A program made the position numbers and the translations under genes. From IMG/VR virus record IMGVR_UViG_3300016371_000006: a stretch of DNA of 64,000 nucleotides; one strand, 5' to 3'. Below, one piece after another: positions 37,832 to 48,680 of the stretch; within the stretch, counting starts at the first letter, position 1, and every line of letters begins with the position of its first letter. The notes under the pieces were generated by a model. That model worked only from the letters and a program-made list of their open reading frames with translations, searched no databases and was not told where the DNA came from. Source of the DNA: an uncultured virus (IMG/VR IMGVR_UViG_3300016371_000006) (Duplodnaviria; Heunggongvirae; Uroviricota; Caudoviricetes).

Positions 37832-38565
37832 CTTTCTGTGTGGGTGTTTCCTTCGTGGGGTGTCCGTCGGCGGACACGTCTTTGTGCTGGTCGAGTCGGT
37901 TGATCGCCTCCTCGAACCTGCGGTCCTCGTTCGGGCCGTGATGCCAGGCGCGCGGGCGCTTGCCGCCCTTGCCCTTCTGGTCCTTGGGGCTCATAACCGC
38001 GGCCCTCCGTTGCACCAGGCATCGGGCAGGAAGCCGCCTTTGGACAGCCAGCCGTCGAGCGCCTCGATGTAATCGACGAGCAGGTCGAACCGCTCAGCCC
38101 GGTCAAACGCGGTAAGCGAGGGGCCGTACTGGGGTACCTGGATTAGCTCTCGTAGCTGTTTGAGCGTCTCGTTGGGGTCCATCTCAGTCTCCTTTCAGCC
38201 GTTTCAGCCGGCCCAGCAGCAGGTACTGGACCAGATCAACGAATGTGGTGCCGATGTGGCCGACGACCAGCGTCACACCATCGGAGTCGGTGTGAACGAG
38301 GTCGGCGGTCCCATCGGTGTTGCGATCGCCCAACTCCCAGCCGGGCAGCAGCCCGGCCCGGTAGGTTTCGCCTAGGTTGCCCATGACTCCGCCAACTCAC
38401 GGTCGATCAGCGCGATCTTGAGCCGCGCCAGCTCGCGCTCCGCGTCGGTGACGAGGATCAGCCACAGCCACGGCTCCCACTGCGCGCGGTAGGCCAGCAA
38501 GGCTTCCTTGATTACGTCCATTTCGTTCCTTTCTCGTGCATGGCATCAGATCGGCAACCAGCGTT

Positions 38566-38907
38566 CTACCCCTTCGGATGCCAACTTCGTCCTCCATCGT
38601 GGCTGTGGATACCTTGGGTCAGCGCCTTCGTGCTGACCTTGCGACCGGCCATCTGCTCGGCCTGGATGAGTGCGGTCTTGACCGCCTCCGACCCGTTCTG
38701 CATCAACCGGTTGAAGATGCAAACGTCGGTCATCCGGCCGCGCTGCGCTTGTTCGAGCCCGAGGAAGGTGATGGCGCCCTGTGGGCCGACCTTGAGCTTG
38801 ATCTTGCGCTTGGCGATCAGCCGGTCGATGTCGGTCAGCGCCTTCTTGACCTCGGCCCGGCGCTGTTCCTCGGTCTGCTGCGGCTCGCGTTGTGAGAAGC
38901 AAGGCAT
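38566..38907 (-). CDS. Hypothetical protein of the AAA module
   Basis: 114 aa, VGPQGAITF...GIHSHDGG. Confidence 0.6.
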   Translation of the reverse strand: MPCFSQREPQQTEEQRRAEVKKALTDIDRLIAKRKIKLKVGPQGAITFLGLEQAQRGRMTDVCIFNRLMQNGSEAVKTALIQAEQMAGRKVSTKALTQGIHSHDGGRSWHPKG

Positions 38908-38914
38908 TTTTCGT

Positions 38915-39646
38915 TCACACCACCATGTCCAGCGCGCGGCCGCCACCACTGCTCGGCGGGGTGTAGGTGCCCGGAGCGTCGATGTCGAGGAACTGGGTGC
39001 GCGCGCTGCGGATCAGCCGCACCGTGTTGCGCTCCATCTCGGAGGCGACCTCGTTACCCGCCTTGACGATGCGGGTGCAGGCCGCCCGCGCGGTGCGGAT
39101 CACCAGGTCGAGCGTGTCGCTGGACTGGCCGTCGAGCACCTGGTTGTAGTTGACCGCCTTGTCCATGATGTCGCGGACCTTCTTGACATCCAGCTCGGCC
39201 AGCCTCTGTGCGGCCTCGTCGAGGAACTCCTCGATGTCGGAGAAGATCGCCTTGGTGGCCGCGACGTCGTCCTGCTGGATCTCGGTGCAGATGACGTTGA
39301 ACTTGACGTGGTTGCGCACCGCCGTGGCGTTGAAGTCGGCGACCCACTCGCGGGCCTCCTCGATCCGCATTTCCAGCTCGGCCTTGTCCTTCAGCGGGCA
39401 CATCAGGCCGTGCTCGCTGCGCGTGCAGAGCCCTCGGATGTGGTCCTTGGCCCGATCGCGAACCTTCTCAGCGCGGTCCTGCTCGGCGGGGTCGGCGATG
39501 GTTTTCGTCGTCTCCACCACGGAGCGCTCCGCACCGCTAGCGGTCAGGTGCGCGTACTCGATCGTGTCCTTGTCGTAGCGGACGTTGCCGACGTTCTTGG
39601 TCTTGAGGGTGACCAGAACGCACGCCTTCATTCGGGTGATTGTCAT
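38915..39646 (-). CDS. Hypothetical helical protein of the AAA module
   Basis: 244 codons after AAGGAGA. Confidence 0.65.
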   Translation of the reverse strand: MTITRMKACVLVTLKTKNVGNVRYDKDTIEYAHLTASGAERSVVETTKTIADPAEQDRAEKVRDRAKDHIRGLCTRSEHGLMCPLKDKAELEMRIEEAREWVADFNATAVRNHVKFNVICTEIQQDDVAATKAIFSDIEEFLDEAAQRLAELDVKKVRDIMDKAVNYNQVLDGQSSDTLDLVIRTARAACTRIVKAGNEVASEMERNTVRLIRSARTQFLDIDAPGTYTPPSSGGGRALDMVV

Positions 39647-39713
39647 GATTTTCTCCTTATCTCGTGGGTTGGTGGTGGGGTGTCCATCGGCGGACACCCC
39701 ACCGGGTGGGGTG

Positions 39714-41399
39714 TTAGATGTCCAGCTGCCTGGAGCCGGACTTCACGACGCGCACCGGGGTGGCGTCGGCCTTGGAGGCGGGCTTGGTGCGCCCCGCCCA
39801 CTCGTCGCGCAGTGCGTCGAGCTTGACCTTCTGCATGATCGCCAGCGGCTTGACGTCCTTGGCGACGCGCAGCAGGTCGTCGGTGCTCACCGTGCGCTGC
39901 CCGTCGACGAACGCCAGGCGCATCGCGTCGGGCACCAGCCCGGCGATCTCGGCCCCGGTGAACTGATCGGTCGCCTCGGCGACCTCGTCGAGGTCCACGT
40001 CGAAGCGCACGGTGCCGTTGCGCTGGCGGTCACGGATCTTGGCCGCCAGCACCGCGGGCCGCTCGGCGAGGTTGGGCACGTCGACCCAGAAAATCTCGTC
40101 GACGCGGCCCTTGCGCATCAGCTCCGGCGGGAGCTTGCTCACGTCGTTGGCCGTGAAGATGACGAACGCCTCACTGGTGTGATCCTGCAGCCACTGCAGC
40201 AGATACCCCAGCGCGTCGGCGCTCACGCCGCCGTCGCCCGACTCCCCGGCCGCCCCGGCCAGCGCCTTCTCGACCTCGTCGACGAGCACGACGATCTCGC
40301 CCTGGGCGTCGATGCGGTCCAGGCTGTTGCGCAGGTTCGCCTCGCTCTCGCCGACGAACTTCGACTTCTGCCCGCCCAGGTCGAACTTGACGGTCGGGCA
40401 GTTGCGCGCGGTGCCGATCGCCCTGGCGATATGCGTCTTGCCGCAGCCCGGAATGCCCATCAGCAGCAGGGCCCGCGGCGTGGTCAGCCCGAACCGGCGG
40501 CCTTCGGGTGTGTAGGCCAGCGACTCGCCCAGCCACCACTCCTTGACGTTCTCCAGGCCGCCGACCGCGTCCAGCCCGTCGGGCAGCGGGTCGAAGCTCT
40601 CCAGCCCGCTGCGCGCCAGTGCCTCCTTCTTCTCCGCCGTGATCAGCACCGGGTCGATGCGCGCGGGTTCGGTCATCACCAGCGAGCTGGCGAAACACGA
40701 CTGCGCCTCCAACCCGGAGAGCCCGATCGCGGCACCGATCGCCACCTCGCGCTCCTCCCCGGTGATCGACGCCCGCACGCTGGCCTGGGTTTTCTTCCAG
40801 TCCTTGACCTGCTCGGCGGTGAAGCCGTCGCGCTCGGTGCGCTCGGTGGCAAAGATCGGGTCGCACGCCTCATCGAGGATGCGGGCCATCTCGATGCGAT
40901 CGGGCATCGGCCAGTTGATCACCTGGACATCGGTGGCGATCTCGGGCGGGATGTCCGGGTTGGCGGTGACGATGACGATCGTCTGCGCCCGTTTGACGTC
41001 CTGCTTGGGCAGGAACTCGATCAGGTCCCGCAACGCCCGCTGGTTGATCAGGTAGGGCTCCTTGAGCCACGGCAGCAGGTCGAGCATCACCCACACGCAG
41101 CGGCTGCGGTTCTCCTTGATCGCGGCGAACGCCTCGGAGATGTCGCCCTGCCCGCGGTCGCCCATGATGAGCTTGCCCGACAGGTCGGTGAAGCCCGCCG
41201 CGATGGAATAGAACCGCGTCTCATACGGCGGGTTGATCGCGGCGACGGCCTCGAACAGGAACGGTTTGATCCGCACCTCCTCCGGGGTGACCACGACGAT
41301 CACCGGCGCGCGGCTGCGCACCTTCGCCTGAAAGGTGACCGCCTTGAGGTCGCTGGTGGTCGGGTCGGCCGCTTCCGGCCGGGATTGGATGTCACTCAT
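39714..41399 (-). CDS. AAA+ ATPase (Ycf46-like)
   Basis: VGGLENVKEW, GIPGCGKT (Walker A), VLVDEVEK (Walker B), TAN...LPPELMRKGRVDEIFWVD. Confidence 0.9.
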   Translation of the reverse strand: MSDIQSRPEAADPTTSDLKAVTFQAKVRSRAPVIVVVTPEEVRIKPFLFEAVAAINPPYETRFYSIAAGFTDLSGKLIMGDRGQGDISEAFAAIKENRSRCVWVMLDLLPWLKEPYLINQRALRDLIEFLPKQDVKRAQTIVIVTANPDIPPEIATDVQVINWPMPDRIEMARILDEACDPIFATERTERDGFTAEQVKDWKKTQASVRASITGEEREVAIGAAIGLSGLEAQSCFASSLVMTEPARIDPVLITAEKKEALARSGLESFDPLPDGLDAVGGLENVKEWWLGESLAYTPEGRRFGLTTPRALLLMGIPGCGKTHIARAIGTARNCPTVKFDLGGQKSKFVGESEANLRNSLDRIDAQGEIVVLVDEVEKALAGAAGESGDGGVSADALGYLLQWLQDHTSEAFVIFTANDVSKLPPELMRKGRVDEIFWVDVPNLAERPAVLAAKIRDRQRNGTVRFDVDLDEVAEATDQFTGAEIAGLVPDAMRLAFVDGQRTVSTDDLLRVAKDVKPLAIMQKVKLDALRDEWAGRTKPASKADATPVRVVKSGSRQLDI

Positions 41400-41454
41400 T
41401 TCGTTCTCCTTTTCGTGGGTTGTGTTGTGAGTGTCCATCGAATGGACACCCGGT

Positions 41455-41831
41455 TCATCGGCGCTGTTCTTCCTTGAAGGACAGCGTTGCCCCGCCGCCC
41501 GTGACGGGGCTGCGGAACTCGTGACGCACGCTGAATTGCTGCGTGGTCCCGTAGACGTTGTTGCCGCCGAGGTAGTCGGCGTGGCGCCAGTTCCAGTAGG
41601 TTTCGACGAAGCCGCACGCGCGCAGCTCGCGCCACGCGCCGGCGATGTCGGTGCCCCACTGCTCGGTCTGCCCGTACATATGCAGCGTGACATCCCAGTA
41701 CCGCGGCAGCCCGCCCGGCCCGGGGAGCGCGTGACGCGCCTCGAAGTCGAACCGGCACACGCCGCAGCCCGCCACGTACTCGGTGTGCTGCGCGTGGTCG
41801 CGGGTGAGCACCGGGATCGCCGCCGCGGTCA
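41455..41831 (-). CDS. Hypothetical protein
   Basis: Overlapping operon; start approximate. Confidence 0.45.
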
Positions 41832-43227
41832 TAGCAGCACCTCCGTCGCGTATTGGGCCAACGTGGATAGCATCCGATTCCAGTCCGACACCTTTTTGCG
41901 CGTCTCCAGGCTGAACGGGGAGATACCGGCGCGGCCTTCCTCCCACAGCTCGTGCCACTCCTGGTCGCGGCGACTCCACACGTCCACGGTCACGCGCAGG
42001 TGACCGCGGGTGCCGTGCTGGCCCTCGTTGGTCATCGACATGTGGTAGGCGTAGAGCGTCCAGCGCAAGCGGTAATCAAACTCGCGCATCGTGTACTCGG
42101 AGTCGTCGAGGAAGCGGTAGCTCGTCACCCACCGCTTGACGAACTCGTTGGGGCTGGGGTTGCACACCTCGGCCGCGCGCACCTTGGGTGCCTCGATCGG
42201 CGGGCGCACCTTGCCCCGCGGCATGGCGGTCATGAGTTGGCTCTCCCTTCCGGGTCGACACCGACGTAGATGGTGCTGCGGTTGACGGTCATATCGCCGA
42301 TCTGCTGCTGGCGCCCGGCAGCGTGCAGGCTGCCGCCGATCCAGCCTTCGACGTAGCCGGGTGTGAACCCTTTCGGCCCGTGCAGCAGGTAGTCGTCCTC
42401 GCGGAACGGGACGTTGTAGCGCCCGCACAGCCGCCACAGCGCGAGCATCTGCGCGGTGGTCATCCGCGGCTTGCCATCAGCTCGCGGGTGTTCGAGTGCA
42501 CGCGGCTGTTCCACCGCGTCCTGGATATTCGACATATCTCTCTCCTTTTCGTGGGTTGGTTTGAGTGTCCATGCGCTGGACACTCCTAGCCGGGTGACTT
42601 GTAGCGCTTGAGAGCGTCAGCCCGGTCGCTGATCAGTCCGCCCTGGATCAGGCGGAACTCGCGGGTGGGATTGGTGACCGCCGGTTTCACCGGCAGCCGC
42701 GGCGGCATGGTGGCGCCCATGATGCACACGCGGCGACGCGGGTCGCGGTGGCGCAGCGATTCGGCGAACTCGTTGGCGTCCGCCACGGTGTCGAAGGTTC
42801 TCTGGACGACCCAATACAGCCGACGTGGGCACCACGCCAGCACCCGCCAGACAGGTCTGCGCACGGTCACCATCCACCGCACCCGCAGACCGCGTTGCCG
42901 TCGCGATCGGGGACCCCGGCTGCGCAGCCGGACTGGCTGGTCATGGTGCGCGAGCCGTCGTCGCGGAGGTGGATGAACAGGCGCGAGACGTGCTCAGGCC
43001 CAGCGTTGACGGACGGCGCGTGGCGCTGCGTGATGTAGGACGGCGGGCGGTTGGCCGCCACGTTGCCGGGGATGAGCACGTTGCCGTTGTCGTCGAACCG
43101 GACGCCAGAAGCGGCGAGGTGTCGGGCGAGTGTCATGACTTTCTCTCTTTCGTGGGATTGGTGTCCACGGCGTGGACACGATTGCCGGGTTGTGCTGCGC
43201 GAGGGCAGCTTTCAACCTTCAACTACT

Positions 43228-43256
43228 ATTCTACCAGGTTTTGCACCTTATGTCAA
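43228..43256 (-). promoter_or_regulatory. Conserved early promoter TTGACA-17-TAGAAT
   Basis: Copy of the 36108-36136 element. Confidence 0.85.
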
Positions 43257-43625
43257 ATGGAGTAATGCGATATCATAACTGCACCCAGCACCAGCCGGAC
43301 AGACCATACAGCGGTGCGCCGTCGTGCATCCCGCACACCTTCCACACGTCCTTGTCGTGCTCGCCGTCGTCGTAGACCAGGGCGCCGTCGCCCTCGACGA
43401 CGCCCTCGGGCGACCAGGTTCCGTTCGGGTCGATCAGCGCCCAGGTCGCGACGTAGCGCCTGAACTCGCCGGCCGTCACGATCGGCACATGCCACCCGCA
43501 CCAGCCGTGCTCATCCACCCGCACGGCGTGCAGCGCCAGCATGGGATAGCGGTTGGCGTCGTCGGTGTGGTTCTCGTCCAGGATGAAGGTCAAGTCGGTG
43601 AGCGCAGACCAGCCGCCGGTGTTCG

Positions 43626-44333
43626 TCACGACGCCTCCTCCAGCTCGGGACGCAGCAGCCGGCGGCGTTCGCGCTCGGACTTGCCGCCCCAGATGCCGAA
43701 GCGCTCCTCGTTGGCCAGCGCGTACTCCAGGCACTCGTCGCGCACCGGGCAGGACATGCAGACCTTCTTGGCCTCCCGCGTGGCGCCGCCCTTCTCCGGG
43801 AACCATAGGTCGGGGTCGACCTGCGCGCACACCGCGCGCGTGACCCACTCACCCTGCGGCGCCAGCGGCGAGGTGATCCACTCCATGCCACCGTGGTTGC
43901 GGCGCTGTTCGTAGCAGGCTTCGCACATGCCGCGGCGGCGCCAGCTGGTGTCGGTCCGCCCGCACACCACGCACGCCTCGTGTCCACCGGCGGACACGCC
44001 GCGCCGGGTGTCCCACGCCTTGCGGACGTAGCGGTCGTGGTTGGCCGGGTGCACGGCGCAGATCGCGGCCGCGGTGTCGGCGTTGATGCGCTGGCGCCCG
44101 CCCACGATGAACGCGATCAGCGAGCGGTCGATGCCCGCGGCGCGGGCGATCTCGCGGTAGCGCCAGCCGAGCCCGACGAGGCGCTTGATGTGCTCGCGTG
44201 CCACCGCCGCGGGCACCAGGCCGGGGATCTGGCCGGCGAGGCGCTTGCGTTCGTAGCACATGTGGCACATGCCGCGGCGCGGGTGGTCGGTGAAGCCGGT
44301 GCCGCACTCGGTGCAGCGATGCACGACGATCAT
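43626..44333 (-). CDS. WhiB-family regulator with N-terminal Zn/HTH extension
   Basis: AVCAQVDPDLWFPEKGG..REAKKVCMSCPVRDECLEYAL..EERFGIWGG.SERERR; N-terminal GWRYREIARAAGIDRS HTH. Confidence 0.9.
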   Translation of the reverse strand: MIVVHRCTECGTGFTDHPRRGMCHMCYERKRLAGQIPGLVPAAVAREHIKRLVGLGWRYREIARAAGIDRSLIAFIVGGRQRINADTAAAICAVHPANHDRYVRKAWDTRRGVSAGGHEACVVCGRTDTSWRRRGMCEACYEQRRNHGGMEWITSPLAPQGEWVTRAVCAQVDPDLWFPEKGGATREAKKVCMSCPVRDECLEYALANEERFGIWGGKSERERRRLLRPELEEAS

Positions 44334-44679
44334 GGCCCGAACTCCTCGTCGGCGCTCGGGCGGTGCCAGGACCATTCGCGTTTCCACGTCGGACCCCTGG
44401 CCGAGAGCATCTTGATGGCGCAGTCCACCATGTAGAGCGCCTTGTGAACGTCGCCGCCCAGCGTGGTGTCGGTCAGCTCGGCGCGCACGTCAGACAGCGC
44501 GAGCGCGATCTGGCGTTCGCGCTCGGCCAGCTCGCGGCGACGCGCGACGGCGGATTCGCCGCCCAGCATCTCCACCCAGGAGGCGACACCGTGGTCGATC
44601 ACCGCCAGCACCTGGTCGCGCTCGAGAACTTCGCCGGCCTTGACCCGCTTGCGCAGCGCCAGCAGCTTGTCGCGGCCCA

Positions 44680-45132
44680 TCATGATCGCGGCGCCTTGTG
44701 CTCGCCGACCGAGTCGACCGCCTGCCGTGGAGCCTGGCCGGCCTTCCACATGTCGTAGAACTCGTCCATACTGTAGCCGTCCGCGGTGCCCGCGGCCTTG
44801 GCCGCGTCGGAGTTGTTGCCGTCGGCGCTGTGCCCGAGCAGGGCTTCCACCTTGTCGATCCAGGATTCCCAGCGGCGGGCGTTCTCGGACTCGCTGTTCT
44901 CGGCCTGCCAGAGTGCCCAGTGCGGATTGACGTCCCACAGGCTGTCGTCGGGCGCGACGTTAGCGGAGTCGGAGTCGGCGATGGTGCGCCCGGTGCCGCG
45001 CACGTAGGCGGCGATCACGTCCAGGGTGTCGGCGCCCCACTCCTGCGCGCTCATCTCGCGGGCGATCAGGTTCATCGCCTCGGTGTCGGTCAGGGTAATG
45101 CCGGATACCGGCGTGGGGGTGTTGTTTTTCAT
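44680..45132 (-). CDS. Hypothetical protein
   Basis: EWGADTLDVIA, DGYSMD motifs; RBS AAAGGA. Confidence 0.55.
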   Translation of the reverse strand: MKNNTPTPVSGITLTDTEAMNLIAREMSAQEWGADTLDVIAAYVRGTGRTIADSDSANVAPDDSLWDVNPHWALWQAENSESENARRWESWIDKVEALLGHSADGNNSDAAKAAGTADGYSMDEFYDMWKAGQAPRQAVDSVGEHKAPRS

Positions 45133-45222
45133 CGTGATAATTCCTTTCGTGGGATTTGGTGCCGGGGGGTGTCCGCTGGCGGACACCCCCCGGGTAGGAG
45201 GGTAAACCCGGCTACCGACGGG

Positions 45223-45531
45223 TCAGCTGGCGATGTTGATTAGCTGACTGGGGCAGTAGGTCGAGACCAGGACGGTGATCACCTGCGTCGCCTGCTCGTG
45301 GTTCAGCGGCCCTTTCGGCCCCGGGATCTCGCGGGTGGCCTGCATCACCAGGGCTTCCAGCTGCGACGCGGTCATCTTGCCGCTCTCCAGCGCCTGGCAC
45401 ACGACCGGCCCCAGCTCGGTGTAGGCGTCCGCCTTGGCGAGGCCCGCGCCGATGATGAGCCCGGCGCCGAGCAGCATGGCGCCCCCGGCGACCACGCCGC
45501 CGTAGACCAGTTTCTTGCTTGATGCGTTCAT
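45223..45531 (-). CDS. Small secreted protein
   Basis: Signal-peptide-like GGVVAGGAMLLGAGLIIGAGLAKAD; VC...YCP. Confidence 0.6.
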   Translation of the reverse strand: MNASSKKLVYGGVVAGGAMLLGAGLIIGAGLAKADAYTELGPVVCQALESGKMTASQLEALVMQATREIPGPKGPLNHEQATQVITVLVSTYCPSQLINIAS

Positions 45532-45580
45532 GATTTTTCTCCTTGGTTTTCGTGGAATTGAAATGGTTGACGATGGTTGC

Positions 45581-45928
45581 TCAGTAGTCGCCCGACGCAG
45601 CCTCCTTCCGCAGCTGCGAAATCTCGAATCCTTCGAGGTCGCCGATGTTGTCGTCCCAATTGGACGGATTGTCGCGCCAGTCGTCGCGCAGCCGCTGCCC
45701 GCCGGCGTTGTACTGCGCGCCACACTCGCAGCTCTCGTCGTGCCCGCCGTAGTTGACCACGGTGCGCAGGCAGTCGTCGCACGGCCAGCTCTTGACGACC
45801 TTGACCCTGGCGTAGATGTCCTGCGCCTCCAGCTCGCGCACCTTGGCGACCGCGGCGTCGTAGTCGGCGCACTCGTGGCAGTCGCCCTCGCCGGTCCACA
45901 CCTGGTAGGTGTTGGTGATGTTGCTCAT
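45581..45928 (-). CDS. Cys-rich hypothetical protein
   Basis: CECGAQYNAGGQRLR motif. Confidence 0.55.
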   Translation of the reverse strand: MSNITNTYQVWTGEGDCHECADYDAAVAKVRELEAQDIYARVKVVKSWPCDDCLRTVVNYGGHDESCECGAQYNAGGQRLRDDWRDNPSNWDDNIGDLEGFEISQLRKEAASGDY

Positions 45929-46297
45929 CACAGGCTCCAGGTCAGATCGAACGGCACGTTGAGCAGCCACATGCCGAACCGGGCGGCGCCCAGCGCGGCG
46001 ATCACGCCCAGCGGGATCATCAGGTCGTTCCAGAATCTCGCCATCTCACTCATCCCCGTCCGCGCTCTCCCACACGCGGCCGGTGTCGACCGGGCGCTCG
46101 ACGCTGGCGAGCGTGCCGCGGTCGACGTGGATCGCCTCGCCGAGCGAGGACATGAACACCACGCCGCTTCCGGGTTGCGGCCACCGCTTGCCGTTCGGCA
46201 TGACCGCCATCAATCTGTGCTTCATCTCTCTCTCACTTTCTTTCATGGGTTGTGTGGTGGCGGGGTGTCCATTCGCTGGACACCCCGCCACCTGGGT

Positions 46298-46675
46298 TCA
46301 GCTGAGGCTCAGCTGTTCCCGGTTACGCCGCCGGAGCAGGTCCAGCAGACGCAGATGGGTGACGTGACGCGCCAGATGCAAGACGCGCGCCACGCGCGTC
46401 ACCCGCAGCACACTCAGGTCCAGGCCGGCCACCACCATCGGCAGCGCGGACAGGGCGATCACCGTGAGGTCGAACACGTTCCACTTGGAACGCCAGAACC
46501 CACGGCGCTGAGTGCTCATTTTCACCAGCATCTCGACCCCGAAGATGATCAGACAGGTCGCCTCGGCGACGCGCCATATCTCCTCATGCGAGTGGTCGAG
46601 CTCGGCGCACACCGCGATCGCCAGGTTGGCGACGATCACGGTGTTGACGCCCCGGTGAAACGCTCCGCCGCTCAC
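46298..46675 (-). CDS. Stand-alone voltage-sensor-like (Ion_trans S1-S4) membrane protein
   Basis: VIVANLAIAV; CLIIFGVEMLVKM; FWRSKWNVFDLTVI; S4-like LSVLRVTRVARVLHLAR; stop before any pore domain. Confidence 0.7.
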   Translation of the reverse strand: MSGGAFHRGVNTVIVANLAIAVCAELDHSHEEIWRVAEATCLIIFGVEMLVKMSTQRRGFWRSKWNVFDLTVIALSALPMVVAGLDLSVLRVTRVARVLHLARHVTHLRLLDLLRRRNREQLSLS

Positions 46676-46980
46676 TTGTGCACCGCAGGAACAGTCGCCG
46701 GTGTCAAGCTGGCAACCCATTCCTCGGTGTTCTCGTAGCGATCCAGCTCGGCGTTGATTCGCTTGATCCGCGAGCGCATGATCGACCGGGAGTCCTCGGT
46801 GATCGTGCGATAGTTCGTGACCATCGCGATTTCCAGCACGGCTTCCTCGTTCATCAGATTGAGGCTCGCCGCCTGGGCTGGTGTCATCATTGTCTTCTCT
46901 CTTTCCTTCGTGGGATCGAGTGTCCACCGGGATGGACACCCGCTGGGCAGAAAGTTGGCATAACTCAACTTCCTACTACT

Positions 46981-47009
46981 ATTCTATCACAATTTGCACC
47001 TTATGTCAA
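46981..47009 (-). promoter_or_regulatory. Conserved early promoter
   Basis: TTGACA-17-TAGAAT. Confidence 0.85.
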
Positions 47010-48210
47010 ATGGACTAATGGGATGCGGGCATGAAAATACCCCACACCCAACGAGGGATGCGGGGTATCTTCAGCAGGCGCTACTGCGCGCTCGCCTGCG
47101 CGGCGATGCGCCAGCCGGCCATCTTGTCCAGGCCGTCCTCGCGGTGGGTGAAATTCACCGCGCTGCTGACCTTGGTGATCGCCAGCGCCAGGTGCGGGCG
47201 CAGGTCACGCGCGGCCTGCGCCGACAGACGGCAGCAGCCGTCCCATCCGAGCTGGCCGAAGTCCTGGCCGGCCATGATCGCGATTGCCATGTCTTTCTCC
47301 TTTACTTGCTGGGTGTCCACGGCGCGGACACGGGTTGCAGGGTGATCACGACGGTGCCGCGATCCGGGTGGTCGACCACGACCGCCCGATGCTCGTGACG
47401 CGCCTTGTGCGCGATGGCGAACACCATCGCGGCGTGCGCGGTCGGGAAGGCGTAGCGGGCCGCGCCGTTCACCGCGTCCAGGCGTCCGAGGAACACCTGG
47501 GCGGGGCCGTGGTTGAGCGACACGTCGCGGCGGTAGGCGCTCATGCGAGCGCCTCCTTGCGGCGCTGCGCGATGGCGATGATGGCATTCGCGCAGTCGCA
47601 CATCATCTCGCACAGGTGATTGTCGCCGGCCTCGCGGTCGCACCACGGGCAGATGCCGATGTTGTCGCAGTGTCCGCTGACGGACACCGCGCGTGCGATC
47701 CCGACGCCGCGGGCCACCAGCTCGGCCTGGATGATGTCCAGGCGCGCGCTGGCGTCGTCGGTGTGCACCGGCATCGTCCAGTACATTTCCTGCAGCACCT
47801 CGGTGCTGATCCCGGCCAGGACGCCCATCACGCACGCTCCCCGGTGAACGGGTGCTTGACCCAGCAGCGCTCGGCATTCATCAGCGAGCCACGCGGCCCC
47901 TGCTGCGGCCCGATGACCCGAAACCACAGCGTCGTGCGGCCGGGGTACATCGAGCTGGGCTCCCAGTCGCTGGGCTTGGTGTGGGTGAGGTCCACCATGC
48001 CTGGGCGCAGGTCGTAGTCCCAGACGCGCAGGCCGTGGGTGACCGGCACCCCGTCGAGCGTGACTTCCTTGGTAGCTTCCATGACTCTCTCTCTTTCGTG
48101 GGATTGAAGGTGACCTAACTCAACCTTCTAACTATTATTCTACCCGAAAATGCACCTTAAGTCAAATGGAATAAACGGGGGTGAGGGTGTCCACGCGGCG
48201 GACACGGGCA

Positions 48211-48246
48211 CAAAAAAGGACCCCGCGCCGAAGCGCGGGGTCCTTT
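48211..48246 (-). terminator. Intrinsic terminator
   Basis: aaaaaaggaccccgcgc-cgaa-gcgcggggtccttt; similar elements at ~48639-48670, ~49642-49680 and ~50176-50210. Confidence 0.75.
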
Positions 48247-48680
48247 GAATTGATTGTTAGGCCAGCGCCGCTTCGGCGTCGGCGATCAGGTCGTCGATCG
48301 AGCGATCGCACGGGCGGTTCAGCTGCGCGTGCAGCTCGGCGATCTCGGCCTGCAACTTCGCGACCTTCATGTGCCGGGCGGCGATTTTGCGGAGCACGGC
48401 ACGCTGCTCCTTGACGATCGCCACCTCCGCGTCGGTGATCTCCCGGTCGCCCCGGTAGGGCGGGAGGTGCGGGACTTCCTTGACTCCGAACATTTCTCTC
48501 TCGTTTCCTTCGTGGGATTCGGAAGCCTTCCTCGACTTCCAAATACTATTCTACCCGAATATGCACCCCAAGTCAAACGGAACAAACGGCATGAGGGGTG
48601 TCCGCGCCGCGGACACGGCCGGCGTTTTCGGGCACGAAGAAGCCCCGCACCGAAACGGTGCGGGGCTTTTCGCTATGTGG

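Noticed and set aside
35687..41477. Long plus-strand ORFs (652 aa, 428 aa, 630 aa; also 8281-9843 and 29387-30781)
   Set aside because: Antisense shadows of real minus-strand genes in high-GC DNA.
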